Origin: Caecitellus pseudoparvulus
Taxonomy: Eukaryota; Protista; Bigyra: Bicosoecida
Direction: 5' to 3'
Assembly (NCBI GenBank): GCA_965644315.1
Contig: CBFFRQ010000068.1
Span: 620,001-684,000 of the forward strand
Length of the DNA: 64,000 nt
Shown here: positions 11,511 through 25,647 of the stretch, piece after piece
Layout of the letters: each line of letters starts with the position of its first letter
Numbering within the stretch: position 1 is the stretch's first letter
The notes under the pieces: generated by a model
Databases searched by the model: none
What the model was told of the DNA's origin: nothing
The model's input: the letters and a program-made list of their open reading frames with translations, nothing else
Made by a program: the position numbers and the translations under genes

Positions 11511-12807
11511 CTACATGCCAGCATCACCCCCACCTGCGGCGGCTGCTGAAAGCACGGACACATCGGCGGGGGAGGAGCCCAATGCAGCAGAGATGGACGT
11601 GTCCAGCACTGACGCGTCGGCACTGAGGCTGCTTGCTTGCGGAAGGGGCATGGAAGTCGACAGCCCTGACGTCTGCTGTGCGATGAGCTTCTCAAAGTGG
11701 CCCTTGGCGATGGCAATGTTGAGGGAGGTGGCTTCCACGCGCGTGGCGGGGCCAGTGGTGACAATCATCACGTACGTGTTGGAGGTGAACTCGTCAATCA
11801 GCGCCGTGAAGGAGGCGTTTGACACGGTCATGGCCTGGAACTGGGCCGAGCACTTGCTGCAGGTGAGCTTGAACTGCTTGACGATGTTGGAGATCTTCTC
11901 GAAGCGGTGCGCGTCGGGGTGTGGCGTGGGGGAGGTGGAGGCGATGACCAGAAACGTCGCCTTCTCAAACACCACCACTTCGTCGGCACTGCAGGCATTG
12001 GCCAGCTCTGCCAAGTGCGTCTCCAGCCGGCTCACGTTGGGGATGAGGGAGTACACGATGGAGGACCAGGCGCGGTACAGCGTCTCGTCCCAGATGGACG
12101 TCGCGAAGCACTGCACAGGGTGCCCCCGCGACCGGGATGCGATGAGATCGGCGCGCTCCTGAAAAATCTGGCCCCGGATGTCCTCAGGCACCAAGTCCAT
12201 CTTGTGCACGAGGCAGAAGATGCGGGAGTCAGGGGAGTTGGCCCCCAGCGCATCCACACAGCCCTCGTAGTAGCGGAAGTCCTTCTCCAAGTCAGGGCTC
12301 TCAATGTCAAAGACATAGATGAGCACGGCGACGTTGGGGAAGATGTTGCTGCGCTGGGAGTCAAAGTAGCTCTCGTAGAAGGCGTCTTGCCCACCACAGT
12401 CCCACAGGCTGAGAACGAGGTTGCCAAGGAAGCGGATGCTGGACTGCTGCACGTCGACTGCGCACAGCGGGCAAGGGGGGCCGGGTGTGGTGCCCCTGTT
12501 GCTGCAGGGGCCTGAACTGGCCACTGCTGCCGCTGTAGGCACGCACTTGTCGGCTCCAGGCGATTGGTGCTGCGAGCTGCGTCGGGAGAGGGAGGCGACG
12601 GCGTGGGCAGTGGAGTCGTGCAGCACTCCAGTCCAGGAGAGGCACTCACCAAGGTAGTTGGCGAAAATGATGCTTCGCATGGATGTCTTTCCTGAGCCAC
12701 TCTTCCCCATCAACAGCACCTGCAGGGGCAGCCCCAGCGCCGTTCAGGGGCAGGTGTGCCTGGTGCACTGCACCAGCCTGCCTCACCTTCATGCGGTCCT
12801 CTTCCAT
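11511..12807 (-). CDS. RRAGA: Ras-related GTP-binding protein RagA/B (Gtr1)
   Basis: [50 protein letters not shown] and [15 protein letters not shown]. Three introns inferred. Confidence 0.96.
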
Positions 12808-13238
12808 GACTGACACGAAGAAGGGGTGTGTGCCGAGCTGACCCTTGCAAGTAGACCAATGCCAAGTGTCTCGTGCCCACGCTGCACGCTGTCCTCGACT
12901 GAAGCCAGGGGGAGCTCTTGACTGTGTCTGGCGACGACGCCCCTTCTTGGGAGGCTCAGCAAGCGGCGGCCTTGTCAAGCGCCAGTGATGCCAGGGATTC
13001 TGGAGTCCTTCACTCTCCTTGGACCTTCTGTGCAGTGCATTGGAGATGTGACGCGAATTTTGCGCACGTGAAGGTCGTTGGGGAGCACCGCTTGCTGGCT
13101 GTCCATCTCGCGCACTGAGTGCGCTCCAGCATAATCCAACAGCGAGCTCCCCGTGACCTGCCTGATGTGAGAAGCTGGGAACCAGGAAGCCCTGGCCACC
13201 CCGGAGACTTCCACCACACCAGCCGCGCGTGTTCTGCC

Positions 13239-14130
13239 ATGTCTGCCAGCAAAGCGGCAGGTTCCCTGCCCTGGTACCTGCGCAGCAATGGGCCTCGGCA
13301 CCTGAAGACGTACTTGGGCATGATCAACATGAAGCCTCCCATGTTCTTGGCGCCCAACTTGAAGGAGTTGCACTTGCACAAGTTCGCACGGCAGCCAGGC
13401 ACGCCCAGTCCCCGTTGCCGCTCCAACGAGGCCATGTAGTGCGTGGGGGGTCTGGCGCCGCAACTCGCTGCTTTCCGCTCACGCTGCCCTGCGCCGTCCG
13501 CAGTGACTTGGTGCTGAAGCACCTGCTGGCCTTCCGCTGGTCCAACCCCAATGCCCTCACATACCTCCATGAGCACCGCACGACAACTGGAGAGAGTGCA
13601 TACGTGACTTACGAGCTGTGTGCGTACGCTGGCACAGCCTGCTCAATTTCCGCTGCCCCAGACCCTTTCCTCCACACGCTGGCACTTGCTCAGGGGACGG
13701 CCGCACGGGGAAGTTCAGCGTCAAGCCCGGCATGAAGTCAGAGACCGTGCTTGCGAAGGTCATGTTTGCTGCTCGTGATCCAGAGTATGACCCGGAGGAG
13801 TACAAGGAGCTGATGGCGTCACGCAGGGTTGCCGCCGGGCTCAGCCCGGAGACGCCAACAATGACGCAAGCAGAGGTCCTGGCGGCTCAAGACGCAGAAC
13901 TGCTTGCACGACACGCGGACGGCACGGCCGCCGGCGCCCAGGGCGCGTTCGCCGCCAGCACTGTGCCTCGCACCACCGTGGCAGCGGCAGAGGCTTCCCC
14001 TGTGGCCACCTCCACCACACCTCGTTGGGTGGAGTACCCTGCCGAGGAGAAGGATGTCCGCAACTTGCCCCCTTCATGGATCCCAGGCGCCGATGCAGGT
14101 GCGTCCAAGGCATCCAGCAACGACCGCTGA
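13239..14130 (+). CDS. Probable mitochondrial ribosomal protein (L51/S25/CI-B8-like domain)
   Basis: Spliced product with LKELHL...DLVLKHLLAFRWSNPNA...YVTYEL; resembles the mS25 family only by eye. Confidence 0.5.
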
Positions 14131-14522
14131 GGGGCCGGCAGGGTGAGAGCAGGCACCTTGCGGGCCAGGTGAGCGATCCCACGCTCCGCACAGGAAGCGT
14201 CCGTGCCGGATAACACAACAGGCCACATAGGTCATGGCACCGAGTGCTTCGAATTGTTGCTGGCCCATCAAGCGCGCAACACCCAATGCAAGCTGCTGCC
14301 AGACTTGGCTGGCATGGTCTGATGTCAGCGAGCAGGGGCCCCCTCATGTCAAAAAACACAACAATCCCCACCCCTGTGCGCTCTATTCGACACGCAAGCT
14401 TGATGGCATCTGCCGCCCAGTCGGCCATCCTCCAAGCGCCATCCCTGTGGGCAAGACCGGGCCGAGGCGTGGCGTTTCAGCCGTTGAAACGGCAGGTCGA
14501 AACGTGACCACTGCCAGTCGCC

Positions 14523-15080
14523 ATGGCGTCCAGTGAGATCCGGTCGTCAGTGCCACTGCAGATTTCCCTCTACTTCCATGACTTGTTTGTGTACCTGGTC
14601 TTCTTGTTGACCATCGCCGGGTTCATCTACAAGGGTGAGCTGGCTGCCATGTCACACTCGGCCACTGGCTTTTTCACGCGCTGTGTGTGCACTACACAGG
14701 CTTCTACTTTCCATACCCTGCTGGGACCCTGGGCGCTGAAATTTCGTTCGCAGTGGCGTACCTCCTGGTGGAGAAGGTGCGCCTGCGGGTCATGAGCCGC
14801 GGGAACAAGACAGAAATGGTGCTGCCAATGGCTGGCGGCCTTGCTCTGGCTCTGCTCGTGGCCATCATCCACGGGTACTACATTTTCGGGCAGGCCTACG
14901 TGTAAGCTCCTGTCGCTTCCCTGTCTTGCACGCGTGTCGTCTGGCACCCGCACCTCCGCACACCGCAGGCTTCGTCTTGATCAGCTGGTGCAGGGCATGA
15001 GTGCTGTGTGGCTGCTCATTGAGTTCGTGCTGGGCCTCGTGGCGCTGGTGACATTCTTGTCAGCGCCGCAAGTGTATTGA
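14523..15080 (+). CDS. TMEM216: Ciliary transition-zone protein, TMEM216/TMEM80/TMEM17 family
   Basis: SSVPLQISLYF, YKG/FYFPYP, RGNKTE and YVLRLD motifs; 4 hydrophobic segments over 3 exons. Confidence 0.8.
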
Positions 15081-15096
15081 AGGGACAGGCCCTGCT

Positions 15097-16976
15097 TCAC
15101 TTCCCCTCTGCCGCGGCTGCAGCCCCTTGCTCTGCTGCTCCTGCCCCTGTGGCGTAGCTGGCCAGGGCGTCGGCCAGAGCCCGTATGGTGGCCGCGTCGC
15201 CCCCGTCGCCTGCCCGCGCAGCCATGTCTTGCAGCTCCAGTGCAGCTCTGGACAGACTGCCCCCTGCTGTGTACAGCATGCGCCACACCTCGCGAGCCAG
15301 GGTAGAGTTGCAGCCAGGGCCCACCACCAGGGCTGCCAAAATGCAGTACAGCTTCTGCAGCGTGAACAGGCCTGCCGCCAGGCGGCGCAAGTACAGCGCT
15401 TCGTCCTCACTGAGTTCCACTCCATACGCGTCTGTCTCTTCGTGAGCATCCACGGCAGCGCTGCTCAGGTGCTTGTCAGCGGCCGCCACCTTGCGCTCAA
15501 ATGCAAGCACCAAGTCCACCAGGCGCCCAGCCTTGGCACAGCCCCCTTCAAGCCACTTCGCAGTGAACCTCAAGTGCTCTGTGCTGTCTGGCGGCAGGTG
15601 CAGGGCGAGGGTCGCCAGCAGGCTGATTGCTGCCTCCTGGTATGACCCGGTTGCTGCGTTGCCAGCAGCCTTGCGCACAGACTTCGCCCCCGCGCCGCCA
15701 AAGACGGCAAACACCACTCGCAGGCCACCTTCGCTGACGAAGTTCATGGCGCTGGTGGAGTTTCCCTCCACGGCAAAGTCCAGGAGCTGCATGGCGTGCG
15801 GAGCTATGCCTGTTGCGCTGGCTGCCGCGCGCAGCATGAGGATGATGCCCTCCGCACGCCGGAAGCGGTCTGCGTTGTCCGGCACCCGCACACACGAGCG
15901 CAGCGCAGTGAAGGCATTGGCTACAATTTCTTCCATCTGCGCATCAGGCAGTGCCGTGGCATCCTTGCGCTTCACACAGTGCGGCGCGACGACAGCCAGC
16001 AACCCCTGCACAGCGCCTTCCCCAGGCTGCAGCCGAGGGAAGGCAGCGGCCCCAGCCGCCCCCACCAAGTCCAACTCCCCAGCCCACTTGGCATTGGGCG
16101 TGTGCGCCAGCAAGGAGCCGAGCAGCTCAGCCGCGTGCAGGGTGTTGCTGCTGCTGCCGCCCAGCGTCAAACACGCTAGCAGCCACACCAGCACGTTCGT
16201 GCCTTGCCCTAGGGCCTCTGCCGCCTCAGGTGCCAGCTCCAAAATGTTGTCCATGAGGCGCAAGGCGGAGCTGGCGTGGGTGGACTCGCCCTGGTCTGCG
16301 TGCCCCGGAGGGGCCACAGTGCCCAGGGCCGCCACCACCGTGCCCAAGGCGTCGCTGCCTGTCAGCGCTGAGACGAGGGCAAGCTGCCCCTCCTCCTCTT
16401 CCTCCTCCACAACGCCCTCAGGGTCCGTCAACTCAGCCAGCAGGGCCAGGGCATCCCCCACGATGTCTGTGTTGGGGTGGGCCAGCAAGCCTCCCACGCA
16501 CGGCACCAGCCCAGCGTCCAGGGCCACTGGGTACAGCGTAGGCTCCACCCCCAGCATTGTAAGCCCCTCCACAGCGTCGTGCAGGGCAAGTTCCGAAGCC
16601 ATGAACTTGGCAGGGGTGTCTGGCCACTTGGCACGCTGCACTGTGTTCAGGCCCACTGCCTTTTGCAGGCCAGCCACCATGCGCTTCACTTGGTTGGCGT
16701 CCAACTCTGGAACCTGCACAGCAGAGAGAAGGCGCAGAGAGAGGCAAGTGAGAGGGATGAGCGATCATACGTCTGCTCCATCCGATATGGCAGCGCACGC
16801 ACGTCTTCCGCTGCCTCTGCAGCTGCTGCCACAGCGGCACGGGCCTCTGCGGAAATCGGTGCCTGCTCGCTCTCTGAAGCGCCGCCTGCCCCCTTGAACA
16901 GGTGCGCAAACTCGTCATCATCATCCGGAGCAACCACCTCTCGAGCACGCTTCATGCCGCGGGATTCTGCAGCCAT
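15097..16976 (-). CDS. CTNNBL1: Beta-catenin-like protein 1 (Prp19 complex)
   Basis: N..QRAKWPD.PAKFMASELALH, LLAHPNTDI, LAELTD, FRRAEG and LYLRRL.AGLFTLQ. Confidence 0.92.
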
Positions 16977-17163
16977 CCTGAACCTCCCTACCGGCGTTGC
17001 CTCCCTCAACGGCAGGCGGGGCCTGAGACGCACTTGCTGCGGAGGAGGTTGAGGGCATGGCGGCTTGGGAACCCACAGCATGGTCCCAAAGCACAGCAGG
17101 CGGGAAATTGTAGCGAGTCGTTTGCATTGCCCCAGCGCCCCTGGCAGCTGCGCGCCCAGCAGC

Positions 17164-20100
17164 CTACCCATCTTCCTTCCCCGCGCCCACAACGTCCATC
17201 ACCCGTGCCAGGGTTGGCGCGTCAGCCGCGGCACGCAGGTGAGCGTGGGCACCAACAATGCTGAGAGTCGACGGTGCCATGGGTGCCCTTGAGCTCGGTG
17301 CCAGCACTCTGTCACCGCCCACCACCACAGCTCCTGGCTCCCGCTCTCGCTGCGCAGAGGCGGCAGCGGCCAATCCCTGCAACGCCTGCAGCGCATCTTG
17401 AGGTGTGGGCATGGCTTCCGGCGCCCACACTGGGACCGAAGGCGATGCAGCCATGGCATGCTCTTGCCCACCGCCCCCCTCTCCCTCGGCTGCCTGCATG
17501 CCGTAGGCTGCCTCCAAGCCATGCTGCACGACGCGCCGGCGCATGGCATCCAACCCCTCACCCTCCTCCTCCTCCACCTCCTCCTCCACGTCCAGGGGCG
17601 CCGCAGGCAGCGGCAGCAGCGGGCACTGCAGCGTGTGCGCCATGAAGGCTAGTAGGCTGCCTTCGTCCACCAGGCAGCTCGTCACTGTTGGTTGCAGGAG
17701 AGTGGCGGGCGGAGCGCCATCTTGCAAGCGTGGCCGCACGAGGTCATTCACCGTGTTCAACGAGGAGCTGGCGAGCCGACGCGGCAGGTCTAGCGGGCGC
17801 AAGACCTCTAACAGGGGAAAGTGACAGTGCAGAGTGACGACATGCTCTGAGCCGGAGCCTGCAGAGGCGGGGACCTCACACTTTAGCAACCCTGGCGCAG
17901 CGCCCGCCAAGCGCGCCAGGACTGCAGCGCTGGGAGCGGGAGGCAAGAAGGGCAGCACGCGTTTGCTGTACCGTGCAGGCGCCTCCAGCACTCGCCGGGC
18001 GATGTGGCGGAGGGCGGAGGTCTGGAGCAGCGCCGGCGCCGCTGCGGTCAGTGCCGCCTCCACTCCAGGAGCTGCTTGTGCGCCAGCTGGGTCAGACACG
18101 GAGGATGCTCCAGAGCAAGGCACCAGGCGCAGCCCCCCGCTGGTAGCTGACAGCTGCAGGGCAACGCTTGTGGCAGCCGCAGGCAGCACATCGTCTGGGA
18201 TGAGCTTCGAGTCCGGGGACAAGGCAATGCGCAACGCCCCGCTCAGGCCCCTGCTCTGCAGATCGTGCGTGAGCGCAGTGACGAGGGCCTGCGGCGCAGA
18301 GTCTGGCGCAGCACCCTCCTCCTCGCCCTCCTCTTCTCCCTCTTCCACCGCTGCCAAGCCCGACCCAACACCCGCCGGCACTGGCTGACCCCTGCCCTCT
18401 CGCAACAAGGTGGAGGTGTGGGCTGGCGCGGCGAGGCTGTAAGCCAAGGCAGTGGCCACCACACTGCACAAGGCGGAGCACAGAGGGGAAGCAGTCTGGC
18501 CCGCCTGCGCAGCGAGGGTCAGGGCCAAGGGCCAGCCGAACCACAGCTGCAGGACGCCGCACCTCTGCAACAGTGCAGCGGCGATGCGCGTGACAAGGAG
18601 GACCGTGGCGACTGCCACCGTGTCCCGCTCAGCCCCCTCTTCCACGACTTCGAAGCCGTCTTCCCTCCACAATGCTAAGGACAGGCTGGTCAGCATGGCA
18701 TTGTGCACACGCAGGAGTTGCAGCGGGGTCAGCGGCAGAGCGTACAGTTGTCGAATGACATAAGGATACGGCGTGGTCCGGCGCAGGTCAGAGTCTGAGG
18801 AAGCTACAGCCCCCAAACTGCTGCCTGCTTGGAGCAGACTCGCTTCACTGGCGCACTGCACTGGAAGTTGGGCATCCGGAGCATCAGCGGCGTCTGTGGC
18901 AGCCTCGGGTGCAGGGGGGTGCAGGGGACCCCCATGGCAGTGCAGCACCCCCCCGTAAATGCCAGCCACCTCCACAGGACTGGCGCAGGCGGCATGCAGG
19001 CACTGCAAAGCAAGCAGACGCAGGGTGGGGTGTGCGTCCCCCGCATCCCGCACCAACACCTCCACCAGCACATCCTGCAGTGGCACGGGCGTGAGGGAGT
19101 TGGAGACTTGCACCGCCTCACGCAGCCGGCCAGGTGCGCGCACATCCACCTCGGCCGCCCCATCGCTGTGCAGCCAGCGCAGGTGGCTAACTTGCCGCAG
19201 GAGAGTTAAGATGAGGCCCAGGACATGCTGGCGGCCTGGCGCAGTGCTGGGCGGCGCAGTCATGGGCGAAGGCAGCACTGGCGTCTCCGCCTCCTCTCCG
19301 TCGCCGTCAGGGGTCTCAGCCGCGGGCGGCCCATGAGCCTCCAGCAGCTCCTCTTGGAAGTCGCCATACCACTCACCCACTGCACTGGCCAGACGGTGCA
19401 AGTCGTGCGCTGTCCGCAGTCGACTGGCCAGGGCCAACACCACTGCCCTCGCTTCTGCCGCCACATCGTCTGCAGGCGCCAGCGCGGAGAGACTGCGGGG
19501 CTCACCAGGCACACTGCTCGCAGGCTGCGCGCTGGCTGTCGCGACCAGCACCGGCAGAGTGGCTTCCACTGCCTCGGTGCTCATGTCCAGCACCCGCAGG
19601 GTGTCGCGCCCCTCCACCACCAAAACACGTGCCGCTGCCAGAGCTGCAGCGATGCGCCGTGCAACACTGGGCTGCATGGGCGTCGTGCCAGGCATGAGAG
19701 ATGAGCGGCGTGACTCGCTGAGGGCATCCCCGCCACCCACCGCCTCCGCGGCCGCATCAGCTACGTGCAGCAGGATGAGCAAGGCCAGGGGCGGGCCAAA
19801 CGACCCATGCCACTCCCCTGCCGTGACACCACGGCTGGCGTTGCCCCCCCGCCGCCGGGCCAGGTGACTGCCATGGCGGTCCATGCGGCGCAGGATGTGC
19901 AGCGCCAGCGCTGTGTTTGTCCAGCGCTGCTTGGCATCCAGCCATGTCAACACAGCCCTGAACACTGCGCTGCCGACACCGGGATGCAGGACGCTGGACA
20001 GCGTCATGAGGATGTCATCCAACAGCGCCAAGTCCACATCATGCGCCTCATCCTCGCTTTTTGCTGCCTGCCCGGCCGCAGCTCCGGCAGGGGACGAGGG

Positions 20101-20935
20101 GGGTGCTTCCAGCGTGGACGGGGCACGGGCACGGCCAGGCGCGGGTGCCTGGGCTGCCAGGCGCTCCTCCACAAGCCCCAACAACACGGGAAGCGTGTTG
20201 TTGGCGTGCTGTGTGAGGGAGGCGGGGTCTGCCAGGGAGATGAGGCGGCGCATGGTGGTGCAGGCTGCCCGGCGAGCAGTCAGCGCCTCGTCCCCCCCAC
20301 TGGCACGCACCACACCGAGCAGGGGCTCGGTGTACTTGTTCAGCTTGCTGTGGTCCACGAAGCTGTCCTGGCTCTCGATGAGCACGTCACAGGCGACTGC
20401 CCCGGCAGCTTGCATGCGGGGCAAGGGGTGCTGCAGCAGCAGCAGCACCAGGGACTCCGCGTACGCCTCGATGACAGCCAGCTCGGACGCGTCAACGCGC
20501 CCTCGAGAGCCACACGCCCGCACCAAGGCTGACATGGCCGTGGAGGACACCTCCACATACCTGCAGCGGATAGCAGGGGTCTTGTGAGTGCGTGGCTACG
20601 CCGGCGCATGGACGACCCCTTGCACCAGCCGACGCACCCATACCGCCCAGCTCCCAAGTCTCGCCGAGCGCGGTCCTCAAGCATCCTGGGGGAAACACAG
20701 CGAGCTGCTTTGAAACGCATGGGGTGCAGCACAGCTGACTCGAGCAATCTACTGACTTCCCGACCTCTGGCAAGGCATTGGCCTCCTCTGTCGCGTACTC
20801 CACCAAGTCCTTCAGCCCAACAGGCTGCAGGTCCTTCTCGTGGCCACGCACGCCAGCCCCCTGCGGGTACAGCCCATTCAACAACCTCTGACTATGTCTG
20901 GGGCGGCATGACACCAAGCAGCAGCAGTCTGTCAT
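17164..20935 (-). CDS. EFR3: EFR3-like armadillo protein (PI4K complex membrane anchor)
   Basis: N-terminus MTDCCCLVSCRPRHSQRLLNGLYP...LVEYATEE..ALPEVG matches the palmitoylated EFR3 N-terminal pattern. A 1130-aa ORF follows after short introns. Confidence 0.7.
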
Positions 20936-21120
20936 CCTGCAGGCGGGCGCTGCTGGCTGCCACTGGCGCAAGGTGCAACGCGGGTGAAACGCCGGACGGT
21001 GCTGGCATGGAGGCAGCAAGAGAGCAGCCCTAAGCAATGCGGCAGGAATAGCCGGTGAATTGTGCAGCGTGTAGGAGTTGGCATAGCCGCTGTTGATGGA
21101 AGCACACCCCCCCTCCGATC

Positions 21121-24100
21121 CTAAAAGGACGGCATGCGGGGGCGCGTGGACCGCCACTCAGCCGGCGTGCCCCAGCCTGCTGACAACTGGCGCCCCCCCG
21201 GCAGCGACGCGCCGTGCAGCGCCGCCACCAGCATGGCAGCATCCTTGTGCGAGGGCATGTGCAGGAGCACAGTGCCGTTGGACACCATGTGTCCGCTGAG
21301 GCGCCGGGCGTCCAGAAGGGTCAGGTCGTACCCGGCACCTGCCAGGCCTAGCAGCTGGCGCAGCAGGAGCGCGGTCAGCTCTGGGACGAGCTCATTCGGC
21401 ATGCCAGACAAGTGCACGATGCGGGCGTCAGCTGCGGGCACGACCTTGCAGGCCGAGTCGCGGATGACAACGCCAAAGAGGCGCAGCGCCGAGCTCGCCG
21501 CCGTCGTGGCGTGGGCACTTTCCCGGAACGTCACGAAGGCATGCATGGGGTGGGCCTCATACAACTTCATGTCTGCCGAGCTGCCAGCCCTGGCCAGCGT
21601 CTGCACTGAGCGCCCCCCCGCCTCGGAGCGCTGCAGCACCCCCAGCAGCGTGCCGATGTCCTCGTGCCCCCCTTCCACCCCGGCCACATCGTCGGCCAGC
21701 GCAGCATCTTCGTCCAGCAAGCCCAGCCCCAGACCCGTCTCCTCCTGGGCACTCTCTACTGCCTTGCTCAAACGGTCCTGCACACGCTTGTGGGAGCGCT
21801 TGAAGTACTCCCGGAACCGAGCCCGCAGCACACTGCGCAGGCGCTGGGCACGTTGGTCCATCACGTGCACAGCCTGCACGTCGCCGCACCTGGACAGAGC
21901 CTCGGAGACGTCCTCCGCGGTGGCGGTGATGGGCAGGTTGGACACGAAGACAGTGCGGCCCTCCCTGTCCCAGTCCCAGGACCCCTGCGCCCCCGCGGCA
22001 GCCACGCCGGCGTCGGAGTAATCGAACGCTGCTCGGAAGCGCAGGGGCACATGCACCGCGGGCCCCTCGCCTCGCCCCCGTCGCCGAGAGGGCTTTGCTT
22101 TCGCCCCCCCTCCCTCCTCGCTGTGCTCGTCGCCGGAGTCAGGGCCAGACTGCTCGCCAGCCCACGGTCCCTGCAGGCCGCCCAGCTCCAGCGCTGCAGG
22201 CTTCAAGCCGACATCGAGGTCAAGTGGCGCCGCCGCCTCATGTCCTGGACCCTCCTGCAGGCTTGTGTGGACCAGGCTTGTGTCGGGCAGCATGCCCGGC
22301 ATGCCGCTGCGGGCTGCCTGGGGCAGGTCAACGAGCGGGTCATCCTCCCCCTCCTCCTCAGCGCCCACGGCAGTGCCTTCCTGCCCGCCCTCCAACGCTG
22401 CCTTCCACTGGGCCCGCGCCCTGCGCAGCATGTCGGTGGTGATGCCTGCCTGGCTCGTGGCCCACGGCGCATCCAGCATGAGAGCCGCAGAGCCAAAGGC
22501 CTGGTGGGCCGGCAGCAAGGAGCGGACAGCTGCCGAGCGGGCAGTGAACGCCCACACAAGCTGGGACTTGGCTGCGCTGGTGGAGTTGCCACGCGCTTCG
22601 GCAGACGACACCGCGCGCAGGAGCTTCTTGAACTGCATGTCAGTCAGAGTGCGGGCCACCAGCGCTGCCACCGCCTCTGGTTGCCCCCACAGGTGCTGCT
22701 GGGCTGCCCACAGCGGCAAGGAGCCCCACACTCCACCCTGTCGCGGGGCCTGCAAGCCAGCTATCGCTGCGGCAAGGTCCTGCACTTGGTCCTCGGGCAC
22801 GCCAGCATCGGCGGGGGCACAGGCACGGCACCTGTGGACTTCCTGCAGCACGGCGCCCAGTGCGGCGTTGGTCTCACACACGGCGTGGGGGTCATAGCTG
22901 ACGTCGTTGAAGGCCGTGGCAGCAAGTGCGCGTGGCACATGGCCCTGTCCAGGCCCGCTGTACGCTGGGCACGGGACGCCCAGTGGCTGCAGCGTGTGAG
23001 GCAGCCCTGTCCCCGGCTCGCCCTCAGCACCTGCCAGGGCGCTGTCCAGGTCTTCCAAGGCCAGGGCCGCGACACACCGCCGCAGCGGCTCGTACAGGGC
23101 AGGGTAGGCTCTGGGCAGCAGCGAGGCTGCCTGCCCAAGGAACCACAACTCGTCCAAGCCAGTGCCGAAGAGGAAGGACGGCCCCGTCAGCGCGGAGCCT
23201 ACATCGTGCTGCGTGTCCCACTGCTGCCCTGTCGCCTCGGCATGGTCCCGGCCCGCTTCCGCTGCCAGCTGCCGGTGCCGGCACAGGGCCTTGAATACGA
23301 GGAAGAGGGAACGCAGCGCCGCTACCTCTGCCGCTGAGCAGTGGGTGCGCAGGCCCGCCACGAGGCGGTCCACTTCCCCCGCCTGCCGCATCTTCACGGC
23401 CACTTGCAGGCGCAGCAGGTCCTCTGGAGGCGGCCCTGATGCAGCGCGAATGCGCAGGACGCCTTCAGTACACGCGGCATGGTTGGCGTCCGCCAAAGAC
23501 GCCAAGGCCACCACCTGCCCTGCCTCCAGGTCGTGGTCCTCCTGCGCTCCGGGGGCTGGCACACGCACGTGTCCAGCCTTCACGCGGCTCAACACCTCCT
23601 GCACAGCGGGGGGGACCAGGGAGGGCAGGAGGGCTTCGTCCACGCCAGCAAGGGCGGGCAGGTATGTCCACGCGTCCACCGGCAGCAACAAGGTGTCTAC
23701 ACGGGAGGGGATGTTGCCCTTGCTGTGCAACTGCTCAAGGGACAGCTGCAGCACTCTGTCCATGCCCACCTCGTCTGCTCCGCCGCCACTGCTGTCCTCA
23801 CTGTCAGAGCTGCCTGCCGACTGTGCCTCTACACCCCCCTCGGCCAGCTGAGCTGCCAAGGCGACGGGGGACAGCTCTCCGCTCTGGATGTGGCCGTACC
23901 GCTCCAAGGTGCGGATGGTCTGGGACAGCTGGATGCGGACGTAGTACCGGAGTGCCGTGGCGGCAGCCTGCAGGGGCACCACACACGCACGCTCCAGCAA
24001 GGGGCGAACCCCCACGTACGACGCCAGGAGGGGCACCCACCGAGGCGCTGCTACTTTGAGCTCCCTGGACCACTCCACGCAGTGCTTGAGCGCGGCATCC

Positions 24101-24948
24101 GTCTGGCCCGCCTGCAGCGCCGACACAGCCCCTTTGACAGCGGCGGTCAGGGCAGCTGTCGTGGCAGGCTTGCCCTCGCCGCCTGACATGGCGGTGAGGA
24201 AGCAGGAGTCAAAGGCAGCTGCCAGCGCAGCTTCATGCTCCTGGCTCCCGATGCCAGACCCAGGCAGGACTTGGTCTTGGCAGGCTGCCTGCCATGCCTG
24301 CCGCAGACTGCTCCACAGCTGCACGCGGTCTGGCTGGGCCAGGCCAGGTGTGACATCCAGTGTGGCTTGGTCCTGGGCCCGCTCAGGCCCAAGCAGCGCA
24401 TCCGACGCATCCAAGGGGGCTGGATCTCCCTGCTCCAGGGGCTGCACATACCTCCCTGACATCCACATGAGTTCAGAGAGGAGCCGGGGGTGGCGCCGCA
24501 CCGCCGGTACGTCCAGCACCTTCTCTTGCAGGCGAAGGCGCAGGACCTGTCGAGCCATGCTGGACAGCACGATTTGTGTGCCTGCAGAGGAAGACACCAC
24601 GCGCCGAACAGTGCGCTCGAACCACGCTGTCGCGGCTGGCGGAGCAGCGAGCGCAGTCAGGCGCAAGAGGTGCTGTGCTCTGGTCTCGGCGTCTGCCGTG
24701 GACATTGGGGGGGGGAGCCGAGAGTCAGCGCTTGAGGCCGAACCTTCAACTTCAGTTGCACCAGTCGCGCGGGCGGCCTGCCCGGGCGCGCTTGAGTGAA
24801 GCGTCACTTTTGGCGTGAAATGCCCGGGCTGCGAAACCAAGCTGCATGCCCTACCAAGGCCTGCTGCCCTTGGGATGGCGATGCGGACAGCCCGGCGTTC
24901 TGCCGCAGCAAGCAGTGCAACTAGATGGCACCTCCTCAGCATGGCCAT
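21121..24948 (-). CDS. Large hypothetical protein with C-terminal RRM domain(s), possible mitochondrial presequence
   Basis: 1275-aa ORF with RNP2-like RTVFVSNLP and RNP1-like HAFVTF, and a second RRM-like IVHLSGMP; Arg/Ala-rich N-terminus. Confidence 0.7.
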   Translation of the reverse strand: MAMLRRCHLVALLAAAERRAVRIAIPRAAGLGRACSLVSQPGHFTPKVTLHSSAPGQAARATGATEVEGSASSADSRLPPPMSTADAETRAQHLLRLTALAAPPAATAWFERTVRRVVSSSAGTQIVLSSMARQVLRLRLQEKVLDVPAVRRHPRLLSELMWMSGRYVQPLEQGDPAPLDASDALLGPERAQDQATLDVTPGLAQPDRVQLWSSLRQAWQAACQDQVLPGSGIGSQEHEAALAAAFDSCFLTAMSGGEGKPATTAALTAAVKGAVSALQAGQTDAALKHCVEWSRELKVAAPRWVPLLASYVGVRPLLERACVVPLQAAATALRYYVRIQLSQTIRTLERYGHIQSGELSPVALAAQLAEGGVEAQSAGSSDSEDSSGGGADEVGMDRVLQLSLEQLHSKGNIPSRVDTLLLPVDAWTYLPALAGVDEALLPSLVPPAVQEVLSRVKAGHVRVPAPGAQEDHDLEAGQVVALASLADANHAACTEGVLRIRAASGPPPEDLLRLQVAVKMRQAGEVDRLVAGLRTHCSAAEVAALRSLFLVFKALCRHRQLAAEAGRDHAEATGQQWDTQHDVGSALTGPSFLFGTGLDELWFLGQAASLLPRAYPALYEPLRRCVAALALEDLDSALAGAEGEPGTGLPHTLQPLGVPCPAYSGPGQGHVPRALAATAFNDVSYDPHAVCETNAALGAVLQEVHRCRACAPADAGVPEDQVQDLAAAIAGLQAPRQGGVWGSLPLWAAQQHLWGQPEAVAALVARTLTDMQFKKLLRAVSSAEARGNSTSAAKSQLVWAFTARSAAVRSLLPAHQAFGSAALMLDAPWATSQAGITTDMLRRARAQWKAALEGGQEGTAVGAEEEGEDDPLVDLPQAARSGMPGMLPDTSLVHTSLQEGPGHEAAAPLDLDVGLKPAALELGGLQGPWAGEQSGPDSGDEHSEEGGGAKAKPSRRRGRGEGPAVHVPLRFRAAFDYSDAGVAAAGAQGSWDWDREGRTVFVSNLPITATAEDVSEALSRCGDVQAVHVMDQRAQRLRSVLRARFREYFKRSHKRVQDRLSKAVESAQEETGLGLGLLDEDAALADDVAGVEGGHEDIGTLLGVLQRSEAGGRSVQTLARAGSSADMKLYEAHPMHAFVTFRESAHATTAASSALRLFGVVIRDSACKVVPAADARIVHLSGMPNELVPELTALLLRQLLGLAGAGYDLTLLDARRLSGHMVSNGTVLLHMPSHKDAAMLVAALHGASLPGGRQLSAGWGTPAEWRSTRPRMPSF

Positions 24949-25647
24949 GGGTATGTGTCTTGGGCGCTTGGGGGTGCCCTGCAGTCACGCTCCGGAACAG
25001 GCAGAGTTTCAGGCGAAACGCGCCCCCCAAAGCGTTGCTTTGATATTTTGGCACGGCAACTTCAGGTGCACCAGCCCACATGGCCAGACGCAAGTTACAA
25101 TGACCTGCAGAGCGGGACTGCCCCAGTACCGTGCGGAAGTTCTGTGGCTAGGTTGTACTCCTCTGCACAGCCCGCGCAAGGTCCCACAAAGAAGGCCAGC
25201 GGCCCCCCCCCCACTCCTGCTGTGTCGCCCCCTGTGGGCGGTGCAGGCCGTCGCTTCGGCAGCAAGATTCACGGTGTAGCCACTCTCACACCTCCGACCT
25301 CTCTGTCCCCGTCACCCTTGCTCCCTGGAGCCCTGGCCGCGTTGTCGGTGCACCAGCACCAGCTTCTCCGCCACGCCACGGCTGCAGTGCTGCTCCCAGC
25401 ACTGCAGAAGGCAATCACGGCTGTGGCAGTTCGCCAAAGTCGTGAAGCAGCTCGCCTAGGTGGCTGGTTCGTGTCGGCCCTCCGCGGCTTGTGCACGGCG
25501 CCTCCCTCATCAAGAGCGCCGCGAGCTTCCCTTCCGTGGGTTGCCCGCCGACCCGCCAGCGCAGTCCCTGCTCTCCCAGGCTCCGAAGGCCGAGCACTGT
25601 ACTACGACCCGTCAGAGGCACCCCATCACTACGTCTGGAGCACCAAG

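Noticed and set aside
12460-12655. Apparent insertion in RagA (and similarly in the USP ORF at ~61200-61410)
   Set aside because: Explained by short GT-AG introns that happen to lack in-frame stops.
13430-13510. Possible stop-codon readthrough or alternative code at ATG-TAG
   Set aside because: The TAG spans an exon-intron boundary (TA|GTGCGT); splicing gives Met-Tyr-Asp.
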